Assembly (NCBI GenBank): GCA_963664325.2
Contig: CAXXDQ010000003.1
Span: forward strand, 416,001 to 480,000
DNA: 64,000 nt
From: Desulfomonilia bacterium
GTDB lineage: Bacteria; Desulfobacterota; Desulfomonilia; UBA1062
Direction: 5' to 3'
The notes beneath the pieces were generated by a model. That model worked only from the letters and a program-made list of their open reading frames with translations. It was not told where the DNA came from and ran no database searches. The position numbers and the translations under genes were made by a program. Below, in pieces: positions 28,316 to 37,216 of this stretch. Every line of letters begins with the position of its first letter. The first letter of the stretch is position 1.

Positions 28316-29801
28316 CCTTATTCGATCGATAAGAGTAAGGTTTATTGCATGGTATTCACTCATCCTGACAGTCACATTCCTGCTTTTCAGCACAGTGTTG
28401 TATATTTATCTTCAAAAGAGCTTGAACTCGTACCTGGATTTCATACTTGAGTCAAAGGCCGACGGTGTTGCTGCTTCCATAAATACTTACTGGGAAACTG
28501 AAAAAATGGTTGCTATTCATCGTAAAGGCATCAGCCGTAAGACGCTTAGTAAAATTAATAATGAAAACTTTCTCAAAATAGCAGACAGGTGGGTTGAAGA
28601 GCGGTCTGATGATCCGGATCTCGTAAATATAATCATTCAAATTTATAAGCCGAACGGGGAAATAATAGCCTATTCAAAAAGTGCGCCTATAGTCAATCTG
28701 TCCAAGGAAGGGCTTGATGAATTGAAGAAGGGCCAGGAGTTTTACGGAGATGAGAAGATAGAGATTTCAGAAAAGACATTCCAGGATTTCAGGTTTGTGG
28801 CAATACCCGTCAAAGAAGGAAAATCGATAGCTTATATTGTCCAGGTAGCGAGTCCCCTGACATTTACATATACAACACTCAACAGGGTAAAACTGATTCT
28901 ATTTGTCATGCTCCCGCTTACTGTCATCATTGCAAGTGTTTTGGCAGGGAAGTTCCTTGCGAGTATAACGTTAAATCCATTAAACAGTATGATAGGGACG
29001 GTACGACAGATTACCGGGGCCAACCTTGATACAAGGGTGACGGTTCCTGAGAACATGGATGAAATCAGGGAGCTTGCAGAAACATTCAATGACATGCTTG
29101 AAAGGATTAACCGCTCATTTGCAATCCAGAGGCAATTCATGCAGGACGTGTCGCATGAATTGAAAACACCCCTTACTGTTATAAGAGGAGAAATGGAGGT
29201 TGCCCTCAAACGAGAACGCTCAATTCACGAATACAGGGATATACTTGAAAGCAATCTTGATGAGATCAAGAAGATAAACCGTATATTGGAAAGTCTTCTT
29301 GCCCTGGCAAGGTTCGACAGCGACGCAGAGACGTTGCATAAAGAACCAGCTGATATAACGGCACTCATCAAAGAGATTCTGAATGACATTGAGATACTGG
29401 CGTTACAAAAAAATATAGAGATAACAGTTATCTCAGAAACATCTGACAGGTCGGTAAATATTGACAAGGAAAGGGTGAGAAGGGTCTTTTATAATATTTT
29501 CGACAATGCAATTAAATATTCCGGTGAAAATGGAAAGATCGAGATTGAAATTGAAAGGATTAATGAAGAGGTCTTCATATACATCAGTGATACAGGTCCG
29601 GGTATTTCCGAAGAAGATATACCATATATTTTCGACAGGTTTTACCGTGCAGACAAGGCCAGGTGCAGTGAAGGTTTCGGGCTTGGTTTAAGCATTGCGA
29701 AATCAATTGTTAAAGCTCATGGCGGGAACATAGAAGTCAGAAGCAGAACCGGCGAAGGTGCAACGTTCATAATTTCATTGCCGGCAGGTCAGCAAGCCTG
29801 A
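28299..29801 (+). CDS. Sensor histidine kinase with HAMP domain (CusS/CzcS-like)
   Basis: Two TM segments, SHELKTPL, NIFDNAIKY, DTGPGI, GFGLGLSI. Confidence 0.95.
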   Translation: MFLKSNLIRSIRVRFIAWYSLILTVTFLLFSTVLYIYLQKSLNSYLDFILESKADGVAASINTYWETEKMVAIHRKGISRKTLSKINNENFLKIADRWVEERSDDPDLVNIIIQIYKPNGEIIAYSKSAPIVNLSKEGLDELKKGQEFYGDEKIEISEKTFQDFRFVAIPVKEGKSIAYIVQVASPLTFTYTTLNRVKLILFVMLPLTVIIASVLAGKFLASITLNPLNSMIGTVRQITGANLDTRVTVPENMDEIRELAETFNDMLERINRSFAIQRQFMQDVSHELKTPLTVIRGEMEVALKRERSIHEYRDILESNLDEIKKINRILESLLALARFDSDAETLHKEPADITALIKEILNDIEILALQKNIEITVISETSDRSVNIDKERVRRVFYNIFDNAIKYSGENGKIEIEIERINEEVFIYISDTGPGISEEDIPYIFDRFYRADKARCSEGFGLGLSIAKSIVKAHGGNIEVRSRTGEGATFIISLPAGQQA

Positions 29802-29809
29802 TTATAATA

Positions 29810-29842
29810 TTTTAATACGATTCTAATCGTCTTTTAATCGTA
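29810..29842 (+). promoter_or_regulatory. Three direct repeats TT(T/C)TAAT with 11-bp period, candidate OmpR/PhoB-type box
   Basis: TAAT cores at 29813, 29824 and 29835. Confidence 0.55.
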
Positions 29843-29890
29843 TTAATCATATACGGATATCCGAACAAAAAAACCTAGGAGGCAGTGTTT

Positions 29891-30196
29891 ATGAAAAAGG
29901 CAATAGTTGGTTTTTTGGTACTTGTAGCATTCACATTCATGGTAACCGCGGCATTTGCAGCAGATGCGGCAGCACCAGCGGCACCGGCCGACAAGGCGGC
30001 ACCGGCAGTAACAGCAGACAAGGCGGCACCGGCGGCTGACAAGGCGGCACCGGCAGACAAGAAGGCGGAAAAGAAGGCAAAGAAAGCAAAGAAGTCAAAG
30101 AAGGCAAAGAAGACGGAAAAGAAGGCAGACGCAGCGGCACCGGCAGCGCCGGCTGAAGCAGCGGCACCGGCAGCACCGGCAGCACCGGCAAAGTAA
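29891..30196 (+). CDS. Small exported Ala/Pro/Lys-rich disordered protein (Asr-like architecture)
   Basis: AGGAGG RBS, signal peptide ending AFA, (A)DKAAPA repeats, Lys-rich core. Confidence 0.8.
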   Translation: MKKAIVGFLVLVAFTFMVTAAFAADAAAPAAPADKAAPAVTADKAAPAADKAAPADKKAEKKAKKAKKSKKAKKTEKKADAAAPAAPAEAAAPAAPAAPAK

Positions 30197-30225
30197 GATA
30201 GGTAAACGGAATAAATGGTCCGTGA

Positions 30226-30591
30226 ATGAAAAAGCTAATAATACTGCTGATCATTCTCGGACTGACTTCAACGATTTGCTTCGCAGAAAAGGCGGCAGTC
30301 CCGAAAAAGGATGCCGCCTTTTTTAATAAGGGAACTAAGGAATTTGTTGCAACCGGATATGTGGAGACAGTCATTTCTGCCGATCCTAAACAAGGCCAGA
30401 AATCAAAAATAATCATTGTAACGGATGATGGTAAAAGGATAATCTTCTTTGTCAAAAAGACAACGACAATATATGACAAGGACATGAAGGCTAAAAGTCT
30501 TGCAGCAATCTCAGTAAAAACCAGGGTGACAATAGGATACAGATCAGATAAAGACGGGTTCTATGAAGCCCTCTCTATCACCGAGTTATAG
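30226..30591 (+). CDS. Hypothetical exported protein (possible OB-fold-like beta protein)
   Basis: Signal peptide MKKLIILLIILGLTSTICFA; beta-strand-like pattern. Confidence 0.7.
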   Translation: MKKLIILLIILGLTSTICFAEKAAVPKKDAAFFNKGTKEFVATGYVETVISADPKQGQKSKIIIVTDDGKRIIFFVKKTTTIYDKDMKAKSLAAISVKTRVTIGYRSDKDGFYEALSITEL

Positions 30592-30645
30592 GATCAGATT
30601 TATTTCTTATTTTTTCCGTCTGCCATTTACGGGGTGACCCAGTAT

Positions 30646-31290
30646 ATGAAAAAACCATTAGTAATTATTGTCCTGTTCACGCTGAGCGTATTTCATCCTG
30701 CAGTCCTAAGGGCTTTTGACTGGAATAATCCTGATTTCGGACAGGATGGCATGACGGGGCTGACTGATTCCCAGAAAAAAGAGCTGTCGGAAGGTAAGAT
30801 TGTTTTTTCTACAACCGATGGAGACAAGGGAAGTTCACTTATAGAAGCTGCGATTGTCTTCAACAAAACCCCGCAGGAAGTATGGGGCATGCTTTCAAAA
30901 ACAGAAGAGCAGATCAAATACCTAAAAGAGGTAAATAAAATAAAGCTAATTGAGAAAAACAACAGTTCGGACAAGATTTGGTTTCAGTTGAAAATCATGC
31001 TGTTGCCGATAAGATATCAGATAAACCATCATTATAGTGAAAATGAACTTTATTTTTATTGGTCATTGGACCCTTCATATAAAAATGATCTGAAGGAACT
31101 TAAAGGATTCTGGAAATTCTATCCCTATGAAAATAATAAAACATTAGCAAGATACGGGAGTATTGTCAGACTGAAATATATACCTTTATTCCTACAGGAT
31201 ACATTTAAGAAAAAGGCAGTCGAAAAAGCACTCAAGTCTGTAAAATGCTATGTTGATTCAGGCGGCACCTGCAAAAGAAAAGGATATTGA
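30646..31290 (+). CDS. Exported SRPBCC/START-like (polyketide cyclase fold) protein
   Basis: Signal peptide; KTPQEVWGML, YWSLD..KNDLKELKGFWKF, long C-terminal helix. Confidence 0.65.
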   Translation: MKKPLVIIVLFTLSVFHPAVLRAFDWNNPDFGQDGMTGLTDSQKKELSEGKIVFSTTDGDKGSSLIEAAIVFNKTPQEVWGMLSKTEEQIKYLKEVNKIKLIEKNNSSDKIWFQLKIMLLPIRYQINHHYSENELYFYWSLDPSYKNDLKELKGFWKFYPYENNKTLARYGSIVRLKYIPLFLQDTFKKKAVEKALKSVKCYVDSGGTCKRKGY

Positions 31291-31424
31291 TAAAAGCGCT
31301 TGTCTTTGTTCCTTTTTTGTTCGAGATGTGCGCTTTTCTTTAGATTCTGAAAGCTCATTATCACTCCTGGCGTTTGCTAAAATATCTGGTGATGTTTCCT
31401 TCGTCGATCTTAATTACGAATAAA

Positions 31425-33191
31425 TTACTTGGCTTTACCAGCGGCCTGGTCCTGTTTTTTAAGCATCATTCCCGGCAGCACTCCCTTATTAAGCACTCCG
31501 TTTTCAACGACTGCCAGACCATTTATCATAACCATCTCAAGGCCTGTAGGATGATGTACCGGATCGCGGAATACGGCTTTTGTCTTGAAATTCCGGGCAT
31601 CCATTATCAGCAGGTCTGCGAAATAGCCTTCCTTTATCAACCCGCGGTTTTCAATGCCGAACTCCTTTGCCGGCAGGCCTGTACATTTATATACGGCAGT
31701 CTCGAGGTCTAGCAATCTTTTTTCAAATACATACCTTCCGATAAATTTAGGGTAACATCCATAGAACAGGTATGAAGGTTTGCCAATGCCGAGCAGGATT
31801 GTATCCGTTGTTATCATTACGGACGGGTCAATAAGGGCTGGGAATGTGTAGCCTTCCGTGAATACATCGTCAGGTTCGCTCATGGACTCGAATACCAGTA
31901 CATGGCCGTCTTCCTCAAGCAACAGGTCACACATTACATCAAACGGGTGCATATCCCGTTCTTCGCCTATTTCTGTAAATCGTCTGCCTTCAAGGTGCTT
32001 GTTTTTATCGGTAGCGACAGCCATGATGGTTACGGCATCCCACCCCATAAGCCGCATGAAGTTCATTGACCAGCTGTTCCTGCCTCTGTGCGGCCATACA
32101 GGTTTTCCCACCTCAATGTCTCTTTTTATGATTTCACGTGTTTCATAATCGGAGATTTTTTCAAGTATGTCCTGTTTGCCTCCGACAAGAGTCCAAGGCG
32201 GAAAGAATGCAAACAGGTGTGTGAACCCAGCGGTTGTGGGCATGATATCCAATGTGACATTTCCGCCCTTCTTGCGTTCATTTTCGAACAAACCGAGAAT
32301 GCGATTCATTTCCATGTCCAGCAATGCCTTTGGGACAATCTTTGTTGCCAGGTCAGCATTTTTTGCTAGCCACTTGAGGCCTTTCAGGGCCAGGTTGTGG
32401 AAAGGGCCAGCCCAGGGTACTGAAAATATATGCGCCGAATGGGTGTGTATCCCGCATCTTCGTGAGATTTCACCAAGTTCTCCAACGGCCTGGGGCATTG
32501 TTGATGCAGTGTAGGACCTGAGATGGCTGGCATGGATGCCGTTATATCCGGCAAGCGGTTTTGATAGTTCGATTAGTTCTTCAGTGTCTGAATTGAGACC
32601 AGGTGCATATTGAAGACCGGATGACAGCCCGAAACAACCCGCTTCCATACTGTCTATCAATTGATTCTTCATATGCTCGAGTTCTGATTTTTCAAGCAGG
32701 CGGTTATTTATCCCGGAAGCGCTTATCCGTAGAATCCCATGGGGAACCAGCAGCGCCATGTTTGTAAGGAGTCCCCTCTTTTCAACGAATTCCATGAAAC
32801 TGGCTGCATTGTTCCATTTGATGTCATTATCGTAATCCATTTGCGTGAATACTTCGAGATAGGCCTTGAGTCCTTCAACGTTTTCCTTGCCCAGCGGTGC
32901 GAGACCGATGCCGCAATGGCCGCCAACAAATGTAGTAATTCCCTGTTTTACCAGCGGTGAAAGAATGTCCTCGAAATCATCCTTGAACAGAGCCAGGTCA
33001 GCATGCGAATGACAGTCGATAAAACCCGGGCAGACAGTTTTTCCTTCAGCATTTATCCTGCGGTTTGCTTGAGTGCCTTTAAGGTTTCCGATAGACTCGA
33101 TCAAGCAGCCATTGATTCCTATATCGGCTTTATAAGAGGGTTTTCCTGAGCCATCTGCAACTGTTGCATTCTCTATGATAAGGTCAAGCAT
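31425..33191 (-). CDS. N-acyl-D-amino-acid deacylase / amidohydrolase 3 family
   Basis: MLDLIIENATVADGSG after a GAGGAG RBS, PGFIDCHSH, QGITT, GLSSGLQYAPG, SHLRS, RGLIKEGYFADL. Confidence 0.9.
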   Translation of the reverse strand: MLDLIIENATVADGSGKPSYKADIGINGCLIESIGNLKGTQANRRINAEGKTVCPGFIDCHSHADLALFKDDFEDILSPLVKQGITTFVGGHCGIGLAPLGKENVEGLKAYLEVFTQMDYDNDIKWNNAASFMEFVEKRGLLTNMALLVPHGILRISASGINNRLLEKSELEHMKNQLIDSMEAGCFGLSSGLQYAPGLNSDTEELIELSKPLAGYNGIHASHLRSYTASTMPQAVGELGEISRRCGIHTHSAHIFSVPWAGPFHNLALKGLKWLAKNADLATKIVPKALLDMEMNRILGLFENERKKGGNVTLDIMPTTAGFTHLFAFFPPWTLVGGKQDILEKISDYETREIIKRDIEVGKPVWPHRGRNSWSMNFMRLMGWDAVTIMAVATDKNKHLEGRRFTEIGEERDMHPFDVMCDLLLEEDGHVLVFESMSEPDDVFTEGYTFPALIDPSVMITTDTILLGIGKPSYLFYGCYPKFIGRYVFEKRLLDLETAVYKCTGLPAKEFGIENRGLIKEGYFADLLIMDARNFKTKAVFRDPVHHPTGLEMVMINGLAVVENGVLNKGVLPGMMLKKQDQAAGKAK

Positions 33192-33319
33192 AATATGACT
33201 CCTCAAATATTTCATGAATACAAAAAGCTCGGATAAGTATATTTCAGTTGCATATAAAAGGCAATGAATTAACATTAAACCAATATATGTAAGTATCAGA
33301 AATTGTAGGTGGAGGCTGA

Positions 33320-34666
33320 ATGGCAATGAAGAAAAAAATAATCCTAATAGGAGCAGGTGACCGCGGTCAGGTATATGCATCATATGTTCTTAAAAATCAG
33401 GATAAACTCAGCATTGTCGCCATTGCAGATCCAAACACAGCGAGAAGGAATAAGGTGGCAAGAGATCATGGTATAGGGCCCTCAAACCGGTTCGAATCAT
33501 GGGAAGAGATTCTGTCTCAGCCCCAAATGGCGGATGGGGCGATAATCGCTACACAGGATAATCTGCATGTAGAACCTGCAGTAAAAGCACTGGAACTGGG
33601 GTATGAGGTCCTGCTTGAAAAACCTATGGCTCTTACAAGGAAAGACTGTGAAATTCTTGTTGAAACTTCAAAAAAGACGGGTCGAACGCTTAATGTCTGC
33701 CATGTACTCAGATACACAGATTTTTTTTCAAAAATTAAATCCATAATAGGAAATGATATTATAGGAAATGTTTACACAATATTCCATGCGGAAAACGTTG
33801 CTTATTATCACATGGCCCATTCATATGTTCGTGGAAACTGGAGAAACGTTAAACAGTCGTCACCCATGATACTTGCCAAATGCTGCCATGACCTTGACCT
33901 GATTGCATGGTTTGCTGATTCAAGCCCGAAAAGAATAAATTCAGTCGGACAGTTAAGTCATTTCAGGCCTGAAAGTGCACCCTCGGGAGCTCCCGGACGA
34001 TGCACAGACGGTTGTCCTGTCGAAAAGGAATGCATGTACAACGCAGTTGACACATACCTATACGGAAAACATCTAAAACTTGCCTTGGCAAAGGAGGGGC
34101 CTGCAGCAATAGCTCTGGCAGCCAGTATAATGCTGAAATATCCTGAGATGTCACGCTTTATACCTGTGCTCAAGCAATATTTTATCTGGAAGGAATGGCC
34201 AACCAGTACAATCACGGATGATCTTTCAAGAGAAGGTATAATGAAGGCTTTAAAGAATGGACCTTATGGCAAATGTGTATATTTTTGCGATAATGATCAG
34301 GTAGACCATCAAGAAACGACAATTGAGTTTGAGAATGGTATTACGGCCATTCTTAGAATGCACGGGCATTCGGAGATTGAAGGAAGGACTATACGCATTG
34401 ACGGCAGTAAAGGAACACTGAAAGGAAAATTCGGAGGAAATACCGGGCTTGATGTTCATATTCATGCCACCGGAAAAAAAATTACTTACCCGCTGAAGGC
34501 GGATATACTAGGTCACTCTGAGGGTGATAATAGAATAATGGATAATTTCTTACAGGTACTTAATGGAGGGAAGAGCCGGACCGATGCGGCAGAGTCGTTT
34601 GTCAGTCATAATATGGCTTTTGCCGCACATGATTCAAGGATTTCAAATAAGGTGGTGGAACTGTGA
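33320..34666 (+). CDS. Gfo/Idh/MocA family oxidoreductase
   Basis: GAGDRG, LLEKPMA, CHVLRY, HSYVRGNWR, AKCCHDLD. Confidence 0.92.
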   Translation: MAMKKKIILIGAGDRGQVYASYVLKNQDKLSIVAIADPNTARRNKVARDHGIGPSNRFESWEEILSQPQMADGAIIATQDNLHVEPAVKALELGYEVLLEKPMALTRKDCEILVETSKKTGRTLNVCHVLRYTDFFSKIKSIIGNDIIGNVYTIFHAENVAYYHMAHSYVRGNWRNVKQSSPMILAKCCHDLDLIAWFADSSPKRINSVGQLSHFRPESAPSGAPGRCTDGCPVEKECMYNAVDTYLYGKHLKLALAKEGPAAIALAASIMLKYPEMSRFIPVLKQYFIWKEWPTSTITDDLSREGIMKALKNGPYGKCVYFCDNDQVDHQETTIEFENGITAILRMHGHSEIEGRTIRIDGSKGTLKGKFGGNTGLDVHIHATGKKITYPLKADILGHSEGDNRIMDNFLQVLNGGKSRTDAAESFVSHNMAFAAHDSRISNKVVEL

Positions 34667-35316
34667 ATATAATATACCGCCGATGCACAAAAAATGACAT
34701 CAAAGACATATCAGAAATACTGTTCCGGACTGGCTTTATGGGAGAAGATCTAACTCCTACAGACCGCTTCAGGGATAAAAAACTGTTTGCCCTTGTCAAT
34801 ACCGATGGATATGTGCGGTTCGAAACGGAAAACGGATTTGTAGCTCAGGACAGAGATACAAAAAACATCCTTGGATACATAATCGGTACGGATAATACTA
34901 TCAGGTATGAAAAGAAATTTGCTTTGCGTATGTATTGGAGATTCGTTCTGCGTCTCTTTTTAGTTACTTGGTGGCGATACCCTGAGTCGTTCAGGACAAT
35001 CTTTTATTGGTTTTCCACTTATGAGACAAAATCAATTGAGCACCTTTACAATGATTATCCAGCCCATCTGCATATAAATATCCTGCCCGGCTATCAGCGC
35101 ATGGGTATCGGGAAGAAACTCATAGAAATGTTCTTATTGAATATGTCGTCCAAGGATGTTGCAGGAGTTCATCTCGGGACATCCAACTACAATTTGAAGG
35201 CTCTGCCATTTTATAAGAAAAACGGGTTTAATGTAATATTTGAAAAGGCAAATCAATTCTGGCCAAGAGTTGGAGGACAGGTTTCAATAATTTTCGGCAA
35301 GAAGCTTGAAATTTAA
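34663..35316 (+). CDS. GNAT family N-acetyltransferase
   Basis: YPAHLHINILPGYQRMGIG, GVHLGT...FYKKNGF. Confidence 0.88.
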   Translation: MNIIYRRCTKNDIKDISEILFRTGFMGEDLTPTDRFRDKKLFALVNTDGYVRFETENGFVAQDRDTKNILGYIIGTDNTIRYEKKFALRMYWRFVLRLFLVTWWRYPESFRTIFYWFSTYETKSIEHLYNDYPAHLHINILPGYQRMGIGKKLIEMFLLNMSSKDVAGVHLGTSNYNLKALPFYKKNGFNVIFEKANQFWPRVGGQVSIIFGKKLEI

Positions 35317-35371
35317 TGACTTGTTTCACCTGTAAGACTGGAATTTGTATATTGTTGCATAAAGGTGCTGT

Positions 35372-35974
35372 TTGAATTATGAGCAACTTATGGAAAAAGA
35401 AGAGTTTGAGAAGGCCCTTGTAGAATTTGAAAAACTTGTCAGGAAAAAACTTCCTGCAATGATAAACATGACAATGGCGGCCAAAGACAACCGTGAATTA
35501 CAGAACAACTTCAATTATTTCATCGAAACACTTAAACGCATGAGGACCTCAATTACAAGGGAACTCGAAAGAGTTGCTAGACCCGCACAGAGGATGAGGT
35601 TCTTCAATACTGTTAACACTATGGAGTCACTATTAAGGTCAATGTACGGAAGGAACAGTGTACAGGAAAGGCTTAAGCAGAAGCAGCATAAAATGCATGA
35701 GCCTGTGACTTACGATACCGGTCAGGGATCGATTGACGGTGAAATACTAAATGTATTTAAAGACGGAGTTTTGCTTAAGACTATTGAAAAGATGCCTGTT
35801 GAAAAGGAAATCAACATTACACTCGGTGACGGCAGGAATGTACAGGGCAAAGTAATATGGTCTGTACCAGAAGAAAACGGCAGTGTTGAAACCGGAGTTA
35901 AACTCAATGAATTATCCGGCAATCTGAATGACAAATTGCACAGACTGATTGACGATAACACTGATACCCGGTGA
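35372..35974 (+). CDS. Protein with C-terminal degenerate PilZ domain (start may be 35390)
   Basis: GEILNVFKDGVLL...VQGKVIWS...TGVKL matches a PilZ barrel pattern. Confidence 0.65.
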   Translation: MNYEQLMEKEEFEKALVEFEKLVRKKLPAMINMTMAAKDNRELQNNFNYFIETLKRMRTSITRELERVARPAQRMRFFNTVNTMESLLRSMYGRNSVQERLKQKQHKMHEPVTYDTGQGSIDGEILNVFKDGVLLKTIEKMPVEKEINITLGDGRNVQGKVIWSVPEENGSVETGVKLNELSGNLNDKLHRLIDDNTDTR

Positions 35975-36013
35975 CTTTGTTCTCATAATTATTCCGGCAT
36001 AAAGTAATATTCC

Positions 36014-37216
36014 ATGAAATTCAGAATTGAAACTCTTGGCTGCAAGGTAAATCAATATGAAAGCCAGCAGATAAGACAGGCCTTGTTGTCTACTGGTTAT
36101 ACTGAAGCATCTGACGGGGAACATGCAGAATTAACAATTGTTAATACATGCACGGTGACTCACCGTTCGGATTCTGATGCAAGAAAACTTTTAAGAAAGG
36201 GAATAGGCTCAGACAGGATTATTGTAACAGGATGCCTGGCAACAACAAGACCTCAAGAGATAAGGTCAATTTCGGATAAGATTACTATAGTATCAAAGGA
36301 CGATATTGAAAAAGTAACAGGGACTCCTTTGCCCAGGAATATTTCAGGCCTTTCAGGCCGGACCCGGGCATTTGTCAAGATTCAGGATGGCTGTTCGAAT
36401 TTCTGCACATTTTGCATTGTTCCTCTTGCCAGGGGGTGTCCTTCAAGCAGGTCTGGCAATGAAATTGTTGATGAGATAAACGGTCTTTTTATGAACGGAT
36501 GCAATGAAATTGTCCTATGCGGAATAAATCTCGGACTTTATGAAAATGGCTTTTCGACAATACTAAAACGTATCCTTATGGAAACCGACATGCCGAGAAT
36601 CCGTATAAGTTCCATTGAGCCATGGACAGTAAAACAGGACCTTGTTGAAGTTTTTTCAGAACCGCGAATTTGTGCCCATTTGCATATGCCGCTGCAAAGC
36701 GGGAGTAAAAAGATACTTGCAAAAATGGGAAGGCCGTATAATCCATCATATTTCAGCAGTCTTGTTGCGGATATACTCTCAATAAGACCAGAGACTGCCA
36801 TAGGTACTGATGTAATAGCCGGTTTTCCCGGTGAGAGCGAAGACGATTTTAAAGAGGGATTTATTTTTCTTGATAGCCTTCCGATTGCATATATGCATGT
36901 ATTTCCCTACTCAAAACGCCCCGGTACAAAAGCGGCGGAATTTAACGGGCAGGTTGAAGAAGCCGAAAAGAAGGGAAGGGCAAGACTTTTAAGAGAGCTG
37001 TCTCAAGGTAAAAGATTGGAATTTGTTCAAAGAAGAGCTGGGGATGTATGCGATGTTCTTGTAACTTCTTCGACAAATGGAATCTGCAAAGGGATTACCT
37101 CGAATTATATAACTGCTGTTTTTAATGGCAACACACCTGCCGGTGATATTGTTAAGGTGAGGCTTGAGAAGATGCAAGGCCGGCAGATGCAGATGAAAGG
37201 CATGCTTTATGGATAA
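36014..37216 (+). CDS. mtaB: tRNA t6A37 methylthiotransferase MtaB
   Basis: TLGCKVNQYES, NTCTVT, VKIQDGCSNFCTFC, RIRISSIEP, HVFPYSKRPGT. Confidence 0.9.
   Translation: MKFRIETLGCKVNQYESQQIRQALLSTGYTEASDGEHAELTIVNTCTVTHRSDSDARKLLRKGIGSDRIIVTGCLATTRPQEIRSISDKITIVSKDDIEKVTGTPLPRNISGLSGRTRAFVKIQDGCSNFCTFCIVPLARGCPSSRSGNEIVDEINGLFMNGCNEIVLCGINLGLYENGFSTILKRILMETDMPRIRISSIEPWTVKQDLVEVFSEPRICAHLHMPLQSGSKKILAKMGRPYNPSYFSSLVADILSIRPETAIGTDVIAGFPGESEDDFKEGFIFLDSLPIAYMHVFPYSKRPGTKAAEFNGQVEEAEKKGRARLLRELSQGKRLEFVQRRAGDVCDVLVTSSTNGICKGITSNYITAVFNGNTPAGDIVKVRLEKMQGRQMQMKGMLYG

Noticed and set aside
29950-30195. Short GC-rich repeats resembling a repeat array
   Set aside because: They are in-frame Ala/Pro/Lys coding repeats with no repeat-spacer structure and no cas genes, so not CRISPR.
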